Assembly (NCBI RefSeq): GCF_008000775.2
Contig: NZ_CP042905.2
Span: 30,001-62,000, forward strand
DNA: 32,000 nucleotides
Direction: 5' to 3'
DNA from: Promethearchaeum syntrophicum
GTDB lineage: Archaea; Asgardarchaeota; Lokiarchaeia; Sigyniarchaeales; Promethearchaeaceae
How positions within the stretch are numbered: the first letter of the stretch is position 1; every line of letters begins with the position of its first letter. The notes beneath the pieces are model-generated. The model was not told the origin of the DNA. It did not search any database and saw only the letters and a program-made list of their open reading frames with translations. A program made the position numbers and the translations under genes. Shown one piece after another: positions 1 to 10,051 of the stretch.

Positions 1-2638
1 GGATTTGTACAGCTAATGCACACTCGCAGAAATAGAGCGTTGTCATAAGCATAGTAAGTGTTTTTGCTTGAATTACGTCTACTCCACTCCACAACTCAGT
101 TGTAGCGCTTGTAAATAAATAATACGGATTTAATTTTCCTAATTCTGTATTCCGATTCGTAATTGATATTGGGGCATTAATATAAAGGAAATATATAACC
201 AACATGGCTAGTGCTAACAACGCACCATAAGAAATCAGTAAAAACATATATTTTTTTGATATTATTTCCTCGGAATTTCGAGGTTTTTCTTTCATTACAT
301 TTTTTGATATCGTATCAAAGGTTAAAATTAACCCAGGAATAGTATGTAATGTTAATGACAAAAACACCCATTGATACGAAAATTCTTCACTTAGAAAATA
401 GGGAAGTTTCTTTATCACAACTAAATAAAATTGGACAATTCCTTCAAATAGATTTGTGCAAATGAAGAAAAATACTAAGGATCGAATGTTCGCAAAAATT
501 CCTCTCCCTTGGTGAACCCCTTTTACAATAGAAGAGAAGGAATCGTCTGAAATAATCATATCTGAAGCTTCTTTCGCAACATCGGTTCCAGATATCCCCA
601 TTGCAATTCCTGCATCAGCCATGTTTAAAGCCAACGCATCATTTACACCATCTCCAGTCATAGCAACAATTTTATTAGCGTCTTTATATCTTTCAACAAT
701 AATTTGCTTATGTTTCGGGCTGACTCGTGCAAAAACTTTGATATTGAAAAATTCTTCAGAACTTTCCAATTTTTCAATCTTATCACCTTCAATTGCAATT
801 TCTTTTCCATTTTCTTTTGTTAAAATTGATATTTGTGATGCAATTGCTTTCGCTGTCATTAATGAATCTCCGGTGATCATAATAACATCAATTCCGGCTT
901 TATGACAATTTTCTATAGATTCTTTTACTCCTTCTCTGGGCGGGTCCATAATTGCAACAAAACCAATATATATAAGATCTTTTTCAATAATATCTCGTAA
1001 TTCTTCATCATCTACATCCTTAGGGAGTTCATCCATTACATTATAAGCCAAACTAAGTATTCTATAACCTTGCCGCGCATATTCATTAGCAGTATTCATT
1101 ACTACAAGTTTCATCTCATCAATGAAATCGAATGATTTATTTTCATCCCCCAAGAATTTAGAACTTGACATTATTAAGATTTCACTTGCACCTTTAGTGA
1201 ATACGTAATATTTACCATCTTCAGAGTTCTTAAAAACTTTTGACATGCGTTTTAATAATGAACTAAATGGATATTCTTTGATTTGTTCAAACTGCTCTAC
1301 ATCTTTTTTCTTCATTATCTTTTTATAAAAAGATACTAAAGCTCCTTCAGTCGGTGAACCTAATACTTTCCAATCGATAAAGCATTTTTTACCAACCTCT
1401 ATTTCATGTTTGATGAGGGATGCATTGTTATTTAGAAAACCAGCAGTAAGCAGTAATTTCAAATGTGGAAAATTATCAATATCTTCGACTTTTTGAGGTT
1501 CATTTATTTTATCTTTTAAGGTTATATCTCCTTTTGGTACATATCCAGACCCTGATACTGAAAAACGTGATCCTCGTACCCATATATGTTGAACACTCAT
1601 CTGTCCTTTAGTTAAAGTGCCAGTTTTATCAGAGCAAACAACCGATACTCGTCCTAATGAATCAACTGAGGTAAGATTTCGGACAATTATACCAGTCTCA
1701 GCCATTACTAGGACACCAGTTAACATTACAATAGTAGTAAGTAAAGGGATATTAATTGGCATAATATCCATAGCTGAATATAAACCGGGGATTATTGCAA
1801 TTTCACCTGTTGTGATATAAAGAATAATAACTACTGCAATCCATGCTGCCATAACCCCAATACCAAACCATTTTCCAATATTATTGAGTTTTTTACGAAT
1901 CGGAATTTCTGTTGAATTTGAATCTTGTAGTCCTTGAGAAATTTTACCAATTTCAGTATTTAGCCCAGTTTGAACTACTATAGCTAAGGCATTTCCCATG
2001 ACAATATATGTTCCATAGAATAGCATGTTTTCTTGGCTTTGAAGAGGAAGATTTTCACTTTTCAGTGCTTTTATATAACTTTTTTTAACTGGTTCACTTT
2101 CACCGGTAAGAGAAGCTTCATTTACTTCGAGATTTGTGGCTTCAATGATTCTTGCATCAGCAGGTATTTTATCCCCAGTATTAAGAAGAAGTAAATCACC
2201 AACTACAATATTTTTTGTCAGTAATTGCTCACGTTGCCCATTTCGTATTACATTTGTAGTAGGGGCAGCTAGATTTTTTAAAGCTTTTAATTTTTTTGTA
2301 GCCCGAGCTTGTTGAAAAATAGCAACAAATGAGTTTAGAAGTACTATTGCCATGGTAATATAAATAAGAAGCATATCACTCTCCCCAGTTATTAAACCTG
2401 CAACGAGAAGTATAATTGCAGCAATAAAATAAATAATAATTAACCAATTAAATAATGGAGCTAAGTAAATTTTCCATAAATTTTCAGTACCGGGAGGGAT
2501 TTCATTAAATCCTTGTGAATTAAGGAGTGTTAATGCTTTTCCTTCATCCAATCCTTTCCTTCCAGTGGAAAATTTCTTAAAAATCTCTTCTATTTCAAGT
2601 GCATAATTTTCTTCAGCTAATTTTTTAGCTTCTTCCAT
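1..2638 (-). CDS. Type II-like cation-transporting P-type ATPase (3' end outside window)
   Basis: My translation of the minus strand from ATG at 2638 gives MEEAKKLAEENYALEIEEIFKKFSTGRKGLDEGKALTLLNSQGFNEIPPG..., then VNEASLTGESEPVK, VCSDKTGTLTKGQM (phosphorylation motif), NNNASLIKHEIEVGKKC...GSPTEGAL, and DGVNDALALNMADAGIAMGISGTDVAKEASDMIISDD. Missing from the ORF track because it runs off the edge. Confidence 0.93.
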   Translation of the reverse strand, partial: MEEAKKLAEENYALEIEEIFKKFSTGRKGLDEGKALTLLNSQGFNEIPPGTENLWKIYLAPLFNWLIIIYFIAAIILLVAGLITGESDMLLIYITMAIVLLNSFVAIFQQARATKKLKALKNLAAPTTNVIRNGQREQLLTKNIVVGDLLLLNTGDKIPADARIIEATNLEVNEASLTGESEPVKKSYIKALKSENLPLQSQENMLFYGTYIVMGNALAIVVQTGLNTEIGKISQGLQDSNSTEIPIRKKLNNIGKWFGIGVMAAWIAVVIILYITTGEIAIIPGLYSAMDIMPINIPLLTTIVMLTGVLVMAETGIIVRNLTSVDSLGRVSVVCSDKTGTLTKGQMSVQHIWVRGSRFSVSGSGYVPKGDITLKDKINEPQKVEDIDNFPHLKLLLTAGFLNNNASLIKHEIEVGKKCFIDWKVLGSPTEGALVSFYKKIMKKKDVEQFEQIKEYPFSSLLKRMSKVFKNSEDGKYYVFTKGASEILIMSSSKFLGDENKSFDFIDEMKLVVMNTANEYARQGYRILSLAYNVMDELPKDVDDEELRDIIEKDLIYIGFVAIMDPPREGVKESIENCHKAGIDVIMITGDSLMTAKAIASQISILTKENGKEIAIEGDKIEKLESSEEFFNIKVFARVSPKHKQIIVERYKDANKIVAMTGDGVNDALALNMADAGIAMGISGTDVAKEASDMIISDDSFSSIVKGVHQGRGIFANIRSLVFFFICTNLFEGIVQFYLVVIKKLPYFLSEEFSYQWVFLSLTLHTIPGLILTFDTISKNVMKEKPRNSEEIISKKYMFLLISYGALLALAMLVIYFLYINAPISITNRNTELGKLNPYYLFTSATTELWSGVDVIQAKTLTMLMTTLYFCECALAVQI

Positions 2639-2709
2639 AGATTATTCTTTATCATGGATTATAAAAAATTTGTTAAACCTCATAAGGATAAAATTAAATA
2701 AAAAAATAA

Positions 2710-3492
2710 TTACATTTTCCTCTTTATTTCTTGAGCTATAAATGTAGCAACATCATCAGCATATTTTCCTGAACCAAAACCAGCATCATAACCTAATTCT
2801 TTTGCTAAATCATTAGTAATTCTTGGACCACCCACAATTAATAGAATTTTATCTCGAATTCCTTCAGCTTCTAACATTTCAACCAGTTCTGTTAAATTAT
2901 GAATATGTACTTGTTTTTGAGTGACTGTTTGAGAAACTAATAGTGCATCAGCTTTTAATTCCTTAGCTTTTGCTATAAAATCCTCATTTAACACTTGAGC
3001 ACCCAAATTATATGCCTCAATCATTTCATAACGTTCTAACCCATAATGGCCCATATATCCTTTAGGATTCATTATAGCGTCTATTCCAACAGTATGAGCA
3101 TCAGTCCCAGTTGTTGCTCCCAGAACAATTATCTTTCTTTTAATATTTTTTTTAATGAACTCATCGGTTTCTTTTATGCTCATAACTTTTCCTTCAATAA
3201 CTGCAACATTGATACTATTATAGTCTATTTCTAATGTAGATCTTCCATATACTACGAAAAATGTGAAGTTTTGATCTAAAGAAGCATGATATACAACCGA
3301 AGGCTCGGAAAATCCCATTTTTTCAACATATTGTCGCGCTACTTCAACAGCTTTATCACCATCTTGAATGGGTAATGTAAAACTTAATTGAATTTGGCCA
3401 TCGTTCATAGTGTCGCCATATGGCTTGATTTTTGATAAATCAAGGGTTTTATCAAAATTTTTTTTCCTTGAAGAATATAATCCCCCGCCCAT
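2710..3492 (-). CDS. kamE: Lysine 5,6-aminomutase beta subunit (cobalamin-binding)
   Basis: VLGATTGTDAHTVGIDAIMNPKGYMGHYGLERYEMIEAYNLGAQV (DxHxxG B12-binding motif) and LLVSQTVTQKQVHIHNLTELVEMLEAEGIRDKILLIVGGPRITNDLAKELGYDAGFGSGKYADDVATF are characteristic of KamE. Confidence 0.95.
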   Translation of the reverse strand: MGGGLYSSRKKNFDKTLDLSKIKPYGDTMNDGQIQLSFTLPIQDGDKAVEVARQYVEKMGFSEPSVVYHASLDQNFTFFVVYGRSTLEIDYNSINVAVIEGKVMSIKETDEFIKKNIKRKIIVLGATTGTDAHTVGIDAIMNPKGYMGHYGLERYEMIEAYNLGAQVLNEDFIAKAKELKADALLVSQTVTQKQVHIHNLTELVEMLEAEGIRDKILLIVGGPRITNDLAKELGYDAGFGSGKYADDVATFIAQEIKRKM

Positions 3493-3493
3493 T

Positions 3494-5086
3494 TTAATTC
3501 TCCTCCATACCTAATTCTTTTTTCATCAAGTCTATGAAGGGATTATAATAATTTCTGTCTTTTGGAACCACACCATCTAAACCTTTACCACCATCATGAT
3601 TTCTTTTAATACCAGCAAAAATTCCTTCAGAAAGAGCTTGGAACAAGCCCTTTTTTTCAATTTCTTGTAATAATTCAGTTGCTTCTGCCAATACATCTTT
3701 CGCCCTCGTTTCTATTATACCATCAGGCTGAAAAGTTATTTCATCTCCCAAGTTTTCTAGATTATTGAATATATATTTTGCATTTTCAATTGATAATGCT
3801 CTATCATGCATAAAAGGAGTATGAATTGCCTCAGTAAGCATCCCCAACAAGCAAATCTTTTGATTGGTCATAATTGTAACAATATTGAAAAGGGCATCTT
3901 GAATATGTCCTTTGAAAATATTTCCTGTTATAAACTTAGTCGGTGGCATATATTTTAGTGGAGCATTAGGAAAGATCTCCCTTGCCATTTGTGCTTGAGC
4001 TATCTCATAAAGAAAGCCATTTTTAATAGATGGATTCATTTCAAAAGCATGACCTAATCCCATTTGTTCTTCCTTAAGCCCTGCAAGTAGTGCAAACTGT
4101 TCATTGATAAATTGTGAGGCAAGAACAGTATGTGCTTCTTCAAAAGCATCGGAAGTTGTTAAATAATTATCCTCTCCTGTGTTAATTGTAATTCCTGCAA
4201 ACGCGTTAATCATTCGTGAAAAATATTGGTCTATCAAAGTTCTTTTCATGTTAATATCACGAAAAAGAATACCGTATAATGCATCATTTAACAAAAAATC
4301 TAATCCCTCAAATGCAGCAATAATGGAAATTTCGGGCATACACAACCCGGATGCATAATTTACTAATCGAATATATCTCCCCAATTCTTCTCCGACATCA
4401 TCCAGAGCTTTTCTCATAATTCGAAAATTCTCCTGAGTAGCATAAGTCCCTCCGAAACCTTCTGTTGTAGCCCCATATGGAATATAATCAAGAAGACTTT
4501 GACCAGTAGTGCGAATAACAGCTATAACATCCGCCCCTTGTTTAGCTGCGGCCACCGCTTGGGTTACATCTTCATATATATTTCCTGTTGCTACAATCAC
4601 ATAAAGTAATGGTCCCTCTTTATCCCCGTATTTAGAAAGGAAATCTTCTCTGGTTTTCTTAGTGACTTTTATTTTCTCCAAACTTTTCTTCGAGACTGAA
4701 TCAATTTTTAATTTAATTTCAAAAAGATCATGGATTGGTAATTTTGTTAATTCTAATTTTTTATCCGCAATTTGTTCAGCAATTTCTTGTGGAGAAAGAG
4801 ATGTGTGGATCATAGCATTTCCGATAAAAAATGCAGCACCAAGACCTAATCCAGAACCTTGTTGAATGTTATTTACTACAATATTAGCTAGAGGAACTCC
4901 GAAATCATTAACTCCATCAATTCCAAGGATCCTGCAAACCGTTCTTTCAACAGAAACAGTGGTATAGCTATCGATAAATTTTTGCATTTTATATGCAATT
5001 TTTGAAGCACTTTTTCTTGCTTCTTTAATAACTGAATTATCTAAATTCAATTTAGACTTAAACTGGTTCTTTTTCATATTTCTCAA
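3494..5086 (-). CDS. kamD: Lysine 5,6-aminomutase alpha subunit
   Basis: 530 aa immediately upstream of kamE; ATGQSLLDYIPYGATTEGFGGTYATQENFRIMRKALDDVGEELGRYIRLVNYASGLCMPEI; typical length and order for KamD. Confidence 0.94.
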   Translation of the reverse strand: MRNMKKNQFKSKLNLDNSVIKEARKSASKIAYKMQKFIDSYTTVSVERTVCRILGIDGVNDFGVPLANIVVNNIQQGSGLGLGAAFFIGNAMIHTSLSPQEIAEQIADKKLELTKLPIHDLFEIKLKIDSVSKKSLEKIKVTKKTREDFLSKYGDKEGPLLYVIVATGNIYEDVTQAVAAAKQGADVIAVIRTTGQSLLDYIPYGATTEGFGGTYATQENFRIMRKALDDVGEELGRYIRLVNYASGLCMPEISIIAAFEGLDFLLNDALYGILFRDINMKRTLIDQYFSRMINAFAGITINTGEDNYLTTSDAFEEAHTVLASQFINEQFALLAGLKEEQMGLGHAFEMNPSIKNGFLYEIAQAQMAREIFPNAPLKYMPPTKFITGNIFKGHIQDALFNIVTIMTNQKICLLGMLTEAIHTPFMHDRALSIENAKYIFNNLENLGDEITFQPDGIIETRAKDVLAEATELLQEIEKKGLFQALSEGIFAGIKRNHDGGKGLDGVVPKDRNYYNPFIDLMKKELGMEEN

Positions 5087-6580
5087 CTAATGATAATATT
5101 TTTTAGCATGATTTAAAACATCTTTATTTAATCCAAGTAAATTAGCAATATTAAGTGCATCTTTTGGAACTTTGTTATTATAAGGGACTTGTTCTAATCG
5201 ATAATCTATAAAATCTTGAATTACTTCAACAGAATTTTTTTGGGAAGTGAAAATTTTAGATTTTAATTTTTCAAAATTAACATTTTTCAAGCCAACAACT
5301 TGATAATGAGTAGTATTCTTGGATGGGATTCCATCATAGTGAGTAGCCATGACGGTTATCACTTTTAATTTTTTTAAATAATCAGAAATAGCTTTTACCA
5401 AAATTTTACCTTCTTTTGGATTTGTACCTCGTGCAAATTCATCCAAAAAAATAAATCCCTCATTTTTTTTAATTGATTTAAAAATTTCATCAATTTTTAA
5501 GATTTCTGCGCCAAATGAACTCAGTCCTTTCGATACATCTTGTAAATCGTCCGAAATGCCATGAATGAATTGAACAATTGGAATTCGGGCTTTTTTAGCA
5601 AACACATAAAACCCTTGTTGGGCGAGTAATACATTTAAAGCAATTGTGTTTAGTGAAACCGTTTTTCCTCCCATATTAGCTCCTGTAATAATCGTTACTC
5701 CTGATTTTAGAAGAACGCTAATGGGAGTAAAAGACTTGTTATTTCTCAATAATATGTCTTGGATAAAAGGATTATTCATATTTTCTAAATTAATTTCTAA
5801 AGATTTGATGATTTCAGGTTTAGTTCCATGATATTTTATAGCTAAATTTGCTTTTGCAAGAAGAAAATCAAAATATCCAATTGAGATAACATTATCTTCA
5901 AGAATAAAAATATTTTTTCTTAATTTCTCAGATAATTCCTTTCTAACACGGAATTCCTCTGCCTTTTCTTCAATAACAACGGAATCTCGTTCCTTTTTTA
6001 GTAATTCTTTAACTATTTCATCTACTTCTTTTGCATAATTTTCTTCAATTATCCTTTTCTTTTCCCGAATATAAGCAAGCTCTTTTGAATAAGATTCACA
6101 AATATGAAAGGTGGACATTCTTTGATTTTTAGGATCCAAGAAGTCTAACAGAGGTTTAGGTGATCTAAGATAGATTTTATCAACTTGAAAATCAATTTTC
6201 TTATACAACTCAATTAATTCTTCAGTTATAAGACAAAAATTCTTTATTTCAAACAATTCCACTTCATCGAGAATTTTTTGGTTCTGGATTTGTATTATGG
6301 TTCTACTAATATCTTTATATCTATCTAAACAAAATTCTATATCATGAATCAAATTACTTTGATGTTTAATTAGCTCTATTAATTTTTCCAAATCATTTAA
6401 TTCTTTAATTAATAAATCGCTGTTTTCAATTTTATAGGATTTAATCTTGTTTTTTTCATTCATTCCATAAAATGTGTGAATTTGCATTGCATTCATGAGA
6501 AAATTATAACCAATTGCTTCTCTTTGAGTATCATCCAAATAATCCATTATTGTTTCCCTCTTTTTTTTAACTATCTTCAA
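5087..6580 (-). CDS. kamC: MutS-like ATPase of the lysine-fermentation cluster (KamC-type)
   Basis: GVTIITGANMGGKTVSLNTIALNVLLAQQGFYV (MutS Walker A) and GFIFLDEFARGTNPKEGKILVKAISDYL (Walker B), without a mismatch-recognition domain. Directly upstream of kamD. Start may be internal (MDYLDDTQ, about 6547). Confidence 0.8.
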   Translation of the reverse strand: MKIVKKKRETIMDYLDDTQREAIGYNFLMNAMQIHTFYGMNEKNKIKSYKIENSDLLIKELNDLEKLIELIKHQSNLIHDIEFCLDRYKDISRTIIQIQNQKILDEVELFEIKNFCLITEELIELYKKIDFQVDKIYLRSPKPLLDFLDPKNQRMSTFHICESYSKELAYIREKKRIIEENYAKEVDEIVKELLKKERDSVVIEEKAEEFRVRKELSEKLRKNIFILEDNVISIGYFDFLLAKANLAIKYHGTKPEIIKSLEINLENMNNPFIQDILLRNNKSFTPISVLLKSGVTIITGANMGGKTVSLNTIALNVLLAQQGFYVFAKKARIPIVQFIHGISDDLQDVSKGLSSFGAEILKIDEIFKSIKKNEGFIFLDEFARGTNPKEGKILVKAISDYLKKLKVITVMATHYDGIPSKNTTHYQVVGLKNVNFEKLKSKIFTSQKNSVEVIQDFIDYRLEQVPYNNKVPKDALNIANLLGLNKDVLNHAKKYYH

Positions 6581-7616
6581 GTAAATTGAAAACCGATATT
6601 TGAATATTCTGTTTTAGTAACTTTAGAAATTTGTCTTTACTAAAACCATCTCCTATCGGTGATTTTGGGTTTATAGTTACCCCGACAATTTTAATTGGAT
6701 ATATAACCTTTAAAATTCCTCCACTTTTTTGAAATCTACTTAAAACTTCTCTTGAAAGAAAAAGTTTAGTAGAATCTTCCACCAATAAAACCATTCTGTT
6801 ATAATTTTTCACATAATTCATAAATTCTTCAATAAAATTATCGCTAACAATACCCTTAACAACTATAATTTGATAATCATTAAGTAACTCCTTCTTAACA
6901 TTCTTTAGAGCTTCTCTAGCATTAAAATTGTTAATGATTTTCGTTTCATGATTAGGAGAAATAAACCCAATTGTTCCATTTTGAATAATTTTCTTTGATA
7001 AATTAATGATCTGTGAATTTTTTTCACCTTCTAGAGAAAGTAAATTAACTAAATGAGACGTATGGTGCACAACTCTATCAATATCAGGTGAGAAAGCTGC
7101 TCCAGTTGCTAGAATCGTTGCATCTGTCACGATTGGTGATGCATAAGATTTTCTATTTACGGCACCATCTATAATTACGAAATCGCAATTAAAACTGAAT
7201 AAAATATTTTTTATTTCTAATAGTTCTGAGTTTTTAGAAGGTCCAGCCAACTCAACGAAACCATCAGATAATGCCCTAATGATTAAAATTTCCCCTAGTG
7301 GTGTTTTAAAATCAGTTGCAACAAGAATTTCCTTAGTTATATCAGTATTAGAAATACATTGTTTTGCTGTTGCAATTATGGTCCCTTTTTCTACGTATAT
7401 TCGTGGTTTTGGAGTGGAAAAAATTGCGTCTTTGCTTTCCCCATCACGACCTATTGAAGTTAAGCCGAGATTATATTTGTTTTTTGCAATATTTATCATA
7501 TAATTAAGAGTTGTGGTTTTCCCTACATTTTTTGCTGTTCCAATTATTGAAATTGATTTAAACTTGTTAAAAATATCCAAAAAAAAGGCTAATTTTTCTA
7601 GCATACAACTTACCAC
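6567..7616 (-). CDS. kamB: P-loop protein of the lysine-fermentation cluster (KamB-type)
   Basis: SIIGTAKNVGKTTTLNYMINIAKNKYNLGLTSIGRDGE Walker A near the N-terminus, located between kamA and the MutS-like gene. Assignment as KamB rests mainly on position. Likely start MLEKLAFF at 7604. Confidence 0.65.
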   Translation of the reverse strand: MVSCMLEKLAFFLDIFNKFKSISIIGTAKNVGKTTTLNYMINIAKNKYNLGLTSIGRDGESKDAIFSTPKPRIYVEKGTIIATAKQCISNTDITKEILVATDFKTPLGEILIIRALSDGFVELAGPSKNSELLEIKNILFSFNCDFVIIDGAVNRKSYASPIVTDATILATGAAFSPDIDRVVHHTSHLVNLLSLEGEKNSQIINLSKKIIQNGTIGFISPNHETKIINNFNAREALKNVKKELLNDYQIIVVKGIVSDNFIEEFMNYVKNYNRMVLLVEDSTKLFLSREVLSRFQKSGGILKVIYPIKIVGVTINPKSPIGDGFSKDKFLKLLKQNIQISVFNLLEDS

Positions 7617-7621
7617 ACAAA

Positions 7622-8872
7622 TTAATTACAACTTGACTTTTTTCTATTATTTCTTTCTAATCCTTCGGGTTCTAAAGAAATTCTCTGTCCATTTAACAAA
7701 CCTGCTACTCCAATTAAGTTAGGATCTTCATCGCTTACATTAGGGCACCCAGGAGTATAGAATTTAGGCTCTTCGTAAGTAGTAATAACACCTTCATAAT
7801 TGCGTAAAACTACACGATTATTCCCCTGTGAGATTACATAATTAGGCATTACCGGAATTTTCCCTCCTCCTCCAGGTGCATCTACAACGAAAGTTGGAAC
7901 ACAAAAACCAGAAGTATGACCTCTTAAGCCTTCAATAATATCGATACCTTGGGCAATAGTTGTTCTAAAATGAGATAATCCAATAGATAAATCGCATTGA
8001 TAGATATAATAAGGTCTAACCCTCATTTTCACTAATTCGTGAACTAATTTCTTCATCACAGGGATACAATCATTAATCCCTCTTAAAAGGACAGATTGAT
8101 TTCCCAAAGGAATACCAGCGTCTGCAAGCATTGCACATGCTTTCTTTGAATCATCAGTAATTTCATTAGCATGATTAAAATGAGTATTCAACCAGATTGG
8201 ATGATATTTTTTTAACATAGAACATAATTCAGGGGTAATTCTTTGAGGCATGACACAAGGCGTACGAGTTCCAATTCGTATTATTTCTACATGGGGAATT
8301 TTACGTAAATTTGAAATAATATATTCTAGTCGTTTATCTGAAAGCAATAATGGATCTCCACCCGATAACAAAACATCCCTTACAGATGGAGTATTTGCAA
8401 TATATTCAATTGCATTATCAACTTGTTCTTTGGATGGTGCTTTATCCACGTGACCTGCAAAACGACGACGAGTGCAATGGCGACAGTACATGGAACAGAC
8501 ATGAGTAATTAAAAATAGTACCCGATCTGGATATCTATGGGTAATTCCAGGAACGGGGGAATCTGTATCTTCGTGTAAAGGATCTTGAAGATCTGCTGAT
8601 ACCTCATGAGTTTCTTTTATTGAAGGTACGGATTGTCTCTTAATAGGGTCAATAGGATCGTTGGGATCAATTAATGTGAGATAATATGGAGTTATCGCCA
8701 TTCGGAATACTTTGGTTGTATCAATTACGTTCAATTCTTCTTCTCTAGTTATAGGAAGATATTTTTTTAGCTGTTCGACATCACCAATTCGATTTTTGAC
8801 TTGCCAATGCCAATCATTCCAATCTTCATCGGATACATCTGGATATAATTCTTTTCTTCTATTTACACGCAT
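7622..8872 (-). CDS. kamA: Lysine 2,3-aminomutase (radical SAM, PLP)
   Basis: [66 protein letters not shown] (CxxxCxxC), [32 protein letters not shown]; full length. Confidence 0.96.
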
Positions 8873-8881
8873 AATTATTAC

Positions 8882-9931
8882 CTAAACATACTTTTCTTCG
8901 AAAAGTTTCATAAGTTTTGGGCTTTCTCTTAATACATCTAAAGTCATTTTGGCATGATTTTTAGTATATCCATTACCAATTATCATTGAAACATCTTTAC
9001 CTACACCTTCAGCCCCTAAAGCTGCTTTGGTAAAGCTTGTAGCCATGGAAAAGAAATATACAATACCATCATCACGCACTGGAAGAATACTTGACATTTC
9101 AGTATCAGATATATTCACACAATTAATTGAAATATCCACTTCTTTCCCCTCATTAGCTTCGAGTGTTTTTTCATAGACTTCAACTGGATTTCTTGCATCA
9201 GCTACAACAATGGAACCACAAAAACCAATATTTCGAAGATATTCTGCACGTACTTCATTACGGGCTAAACCTAATACTTTACCGTTAGTTCCCACGATTT
9301 TTTTAGCCACATATGAACACATTACTCCAGATTTCCCAGTTGCGCCTAATATTAACACGTTATCCCCCGGTTTAACAAGTTTCATTGTTTGAGCAGGGGC
9401 ACCTGCAACGTCTAAAGCTGCTAAAGCAACTGCATCAGTCATATCTTCAGGAATTTTTGCATAGATCCCACTTTCAAAGAGAATTGCTTGAGCTTTTACT
9501 ATTACTTTATCAATATTCAATTTAATATCGAATATTTCATGAATTTTCAAAGGAGTTAAAGATAGTGAGACTAACGTAGCAATTCTATCTCCAACAGCTA
9601 GATCGATTTTTTCTTTTAATGCGTCACCTATTTTTGCAATTTTACCCATTAGCATTCCACCAGATCCAGTTACCGGATTTTGCATTTTACCCCTTTCTTC
9701 GACAATTTGCATAATCTTTTTTTTAATTTTTTCTGGATCTCCGTGAGCTTCGCTTTTCAGCTGAGTAAAACTCGCAGAATCAATATTAAGTGCATCTACG
9801 TCAATTAGAATTTCATTATCGAAAATTTCCATATCATTGGAAATTTGTTGTGCTGCTTGCGGCATTGATCCTAATGGATTAATTACGCGATGAGTTCCGA
9901 AACGATTACCTTTTTTCATTAAAAACACCAA
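8882..9931 (-). CDS. kdd: L-erythro-3,5-diaminohexanoate dehydrogenase
   Basis: NRFGTHRVINPLGSMPQAAQQI...GGMLMGKIAKIGDALKEKIDLAVGDRIATLVSLSLTPLKIHEI..., NAD-binding GATGKSGVMCSYVAKKIVG; adjacent to kamA. Probable start MKKGNRFG at 9919. Confidence 0.92.
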   Translation of the reverse strand: MVFLMKKGNRFGTHRVINPLGSMPQAAQQISNDMEIFDNEILIDVDALNIDSASFTQLKSEAHGDPEKIKKKIMQIVEERGKMQNPVTGSGGMLMGKIAKIGDALKEKIDLAVGDRIATLVSLSLTPLKIHEIFDIKLNIDKVIVKAQAILFESGIYAKIPEDMTDAVALAALDVAGAPAQTMKLVKPGDNVLILGATGKSGVMCSYVAKKIVGTNGKVLGLARNEVRAEYLRNIGFCGSIVVADARNPVEVYEKTLEANEGKEVDISINCVNISDTEMSSILPVRDDGIVYFFSMATSFTKAALGAEGVGKDVSMIIGNGYTKNHAKMTLDVLRESPKLMKLFEEKYV

Positions 9932-10051
9932 TTTTAAATTAATTAATTATCCGAACTAATAATGTTTTTCGTCAAAACAAAAAGGGAATAGCTTCCCATT
10001 AGAAAACATGGATTAAATGGTTGAAGGAATATCAAAAAAAAAAGGAATAAA

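Noticed and set aside
621-1820. Plus-strand ORFs 621..905 and 1617..1820
   Set aside because: Antisense to conserved P-type ATPase motifs (DGVNDALAL and DKTGT regions) that are clearly coded on the minus strand.
5087-6580. MutS-like gene as a DNA mismatch-repair component
   Set aside because: It lacks recognisable MutS N-terminal DNA-binding domains and is embedded in the kam operon; a fermentation-cluster accessory role fits better.
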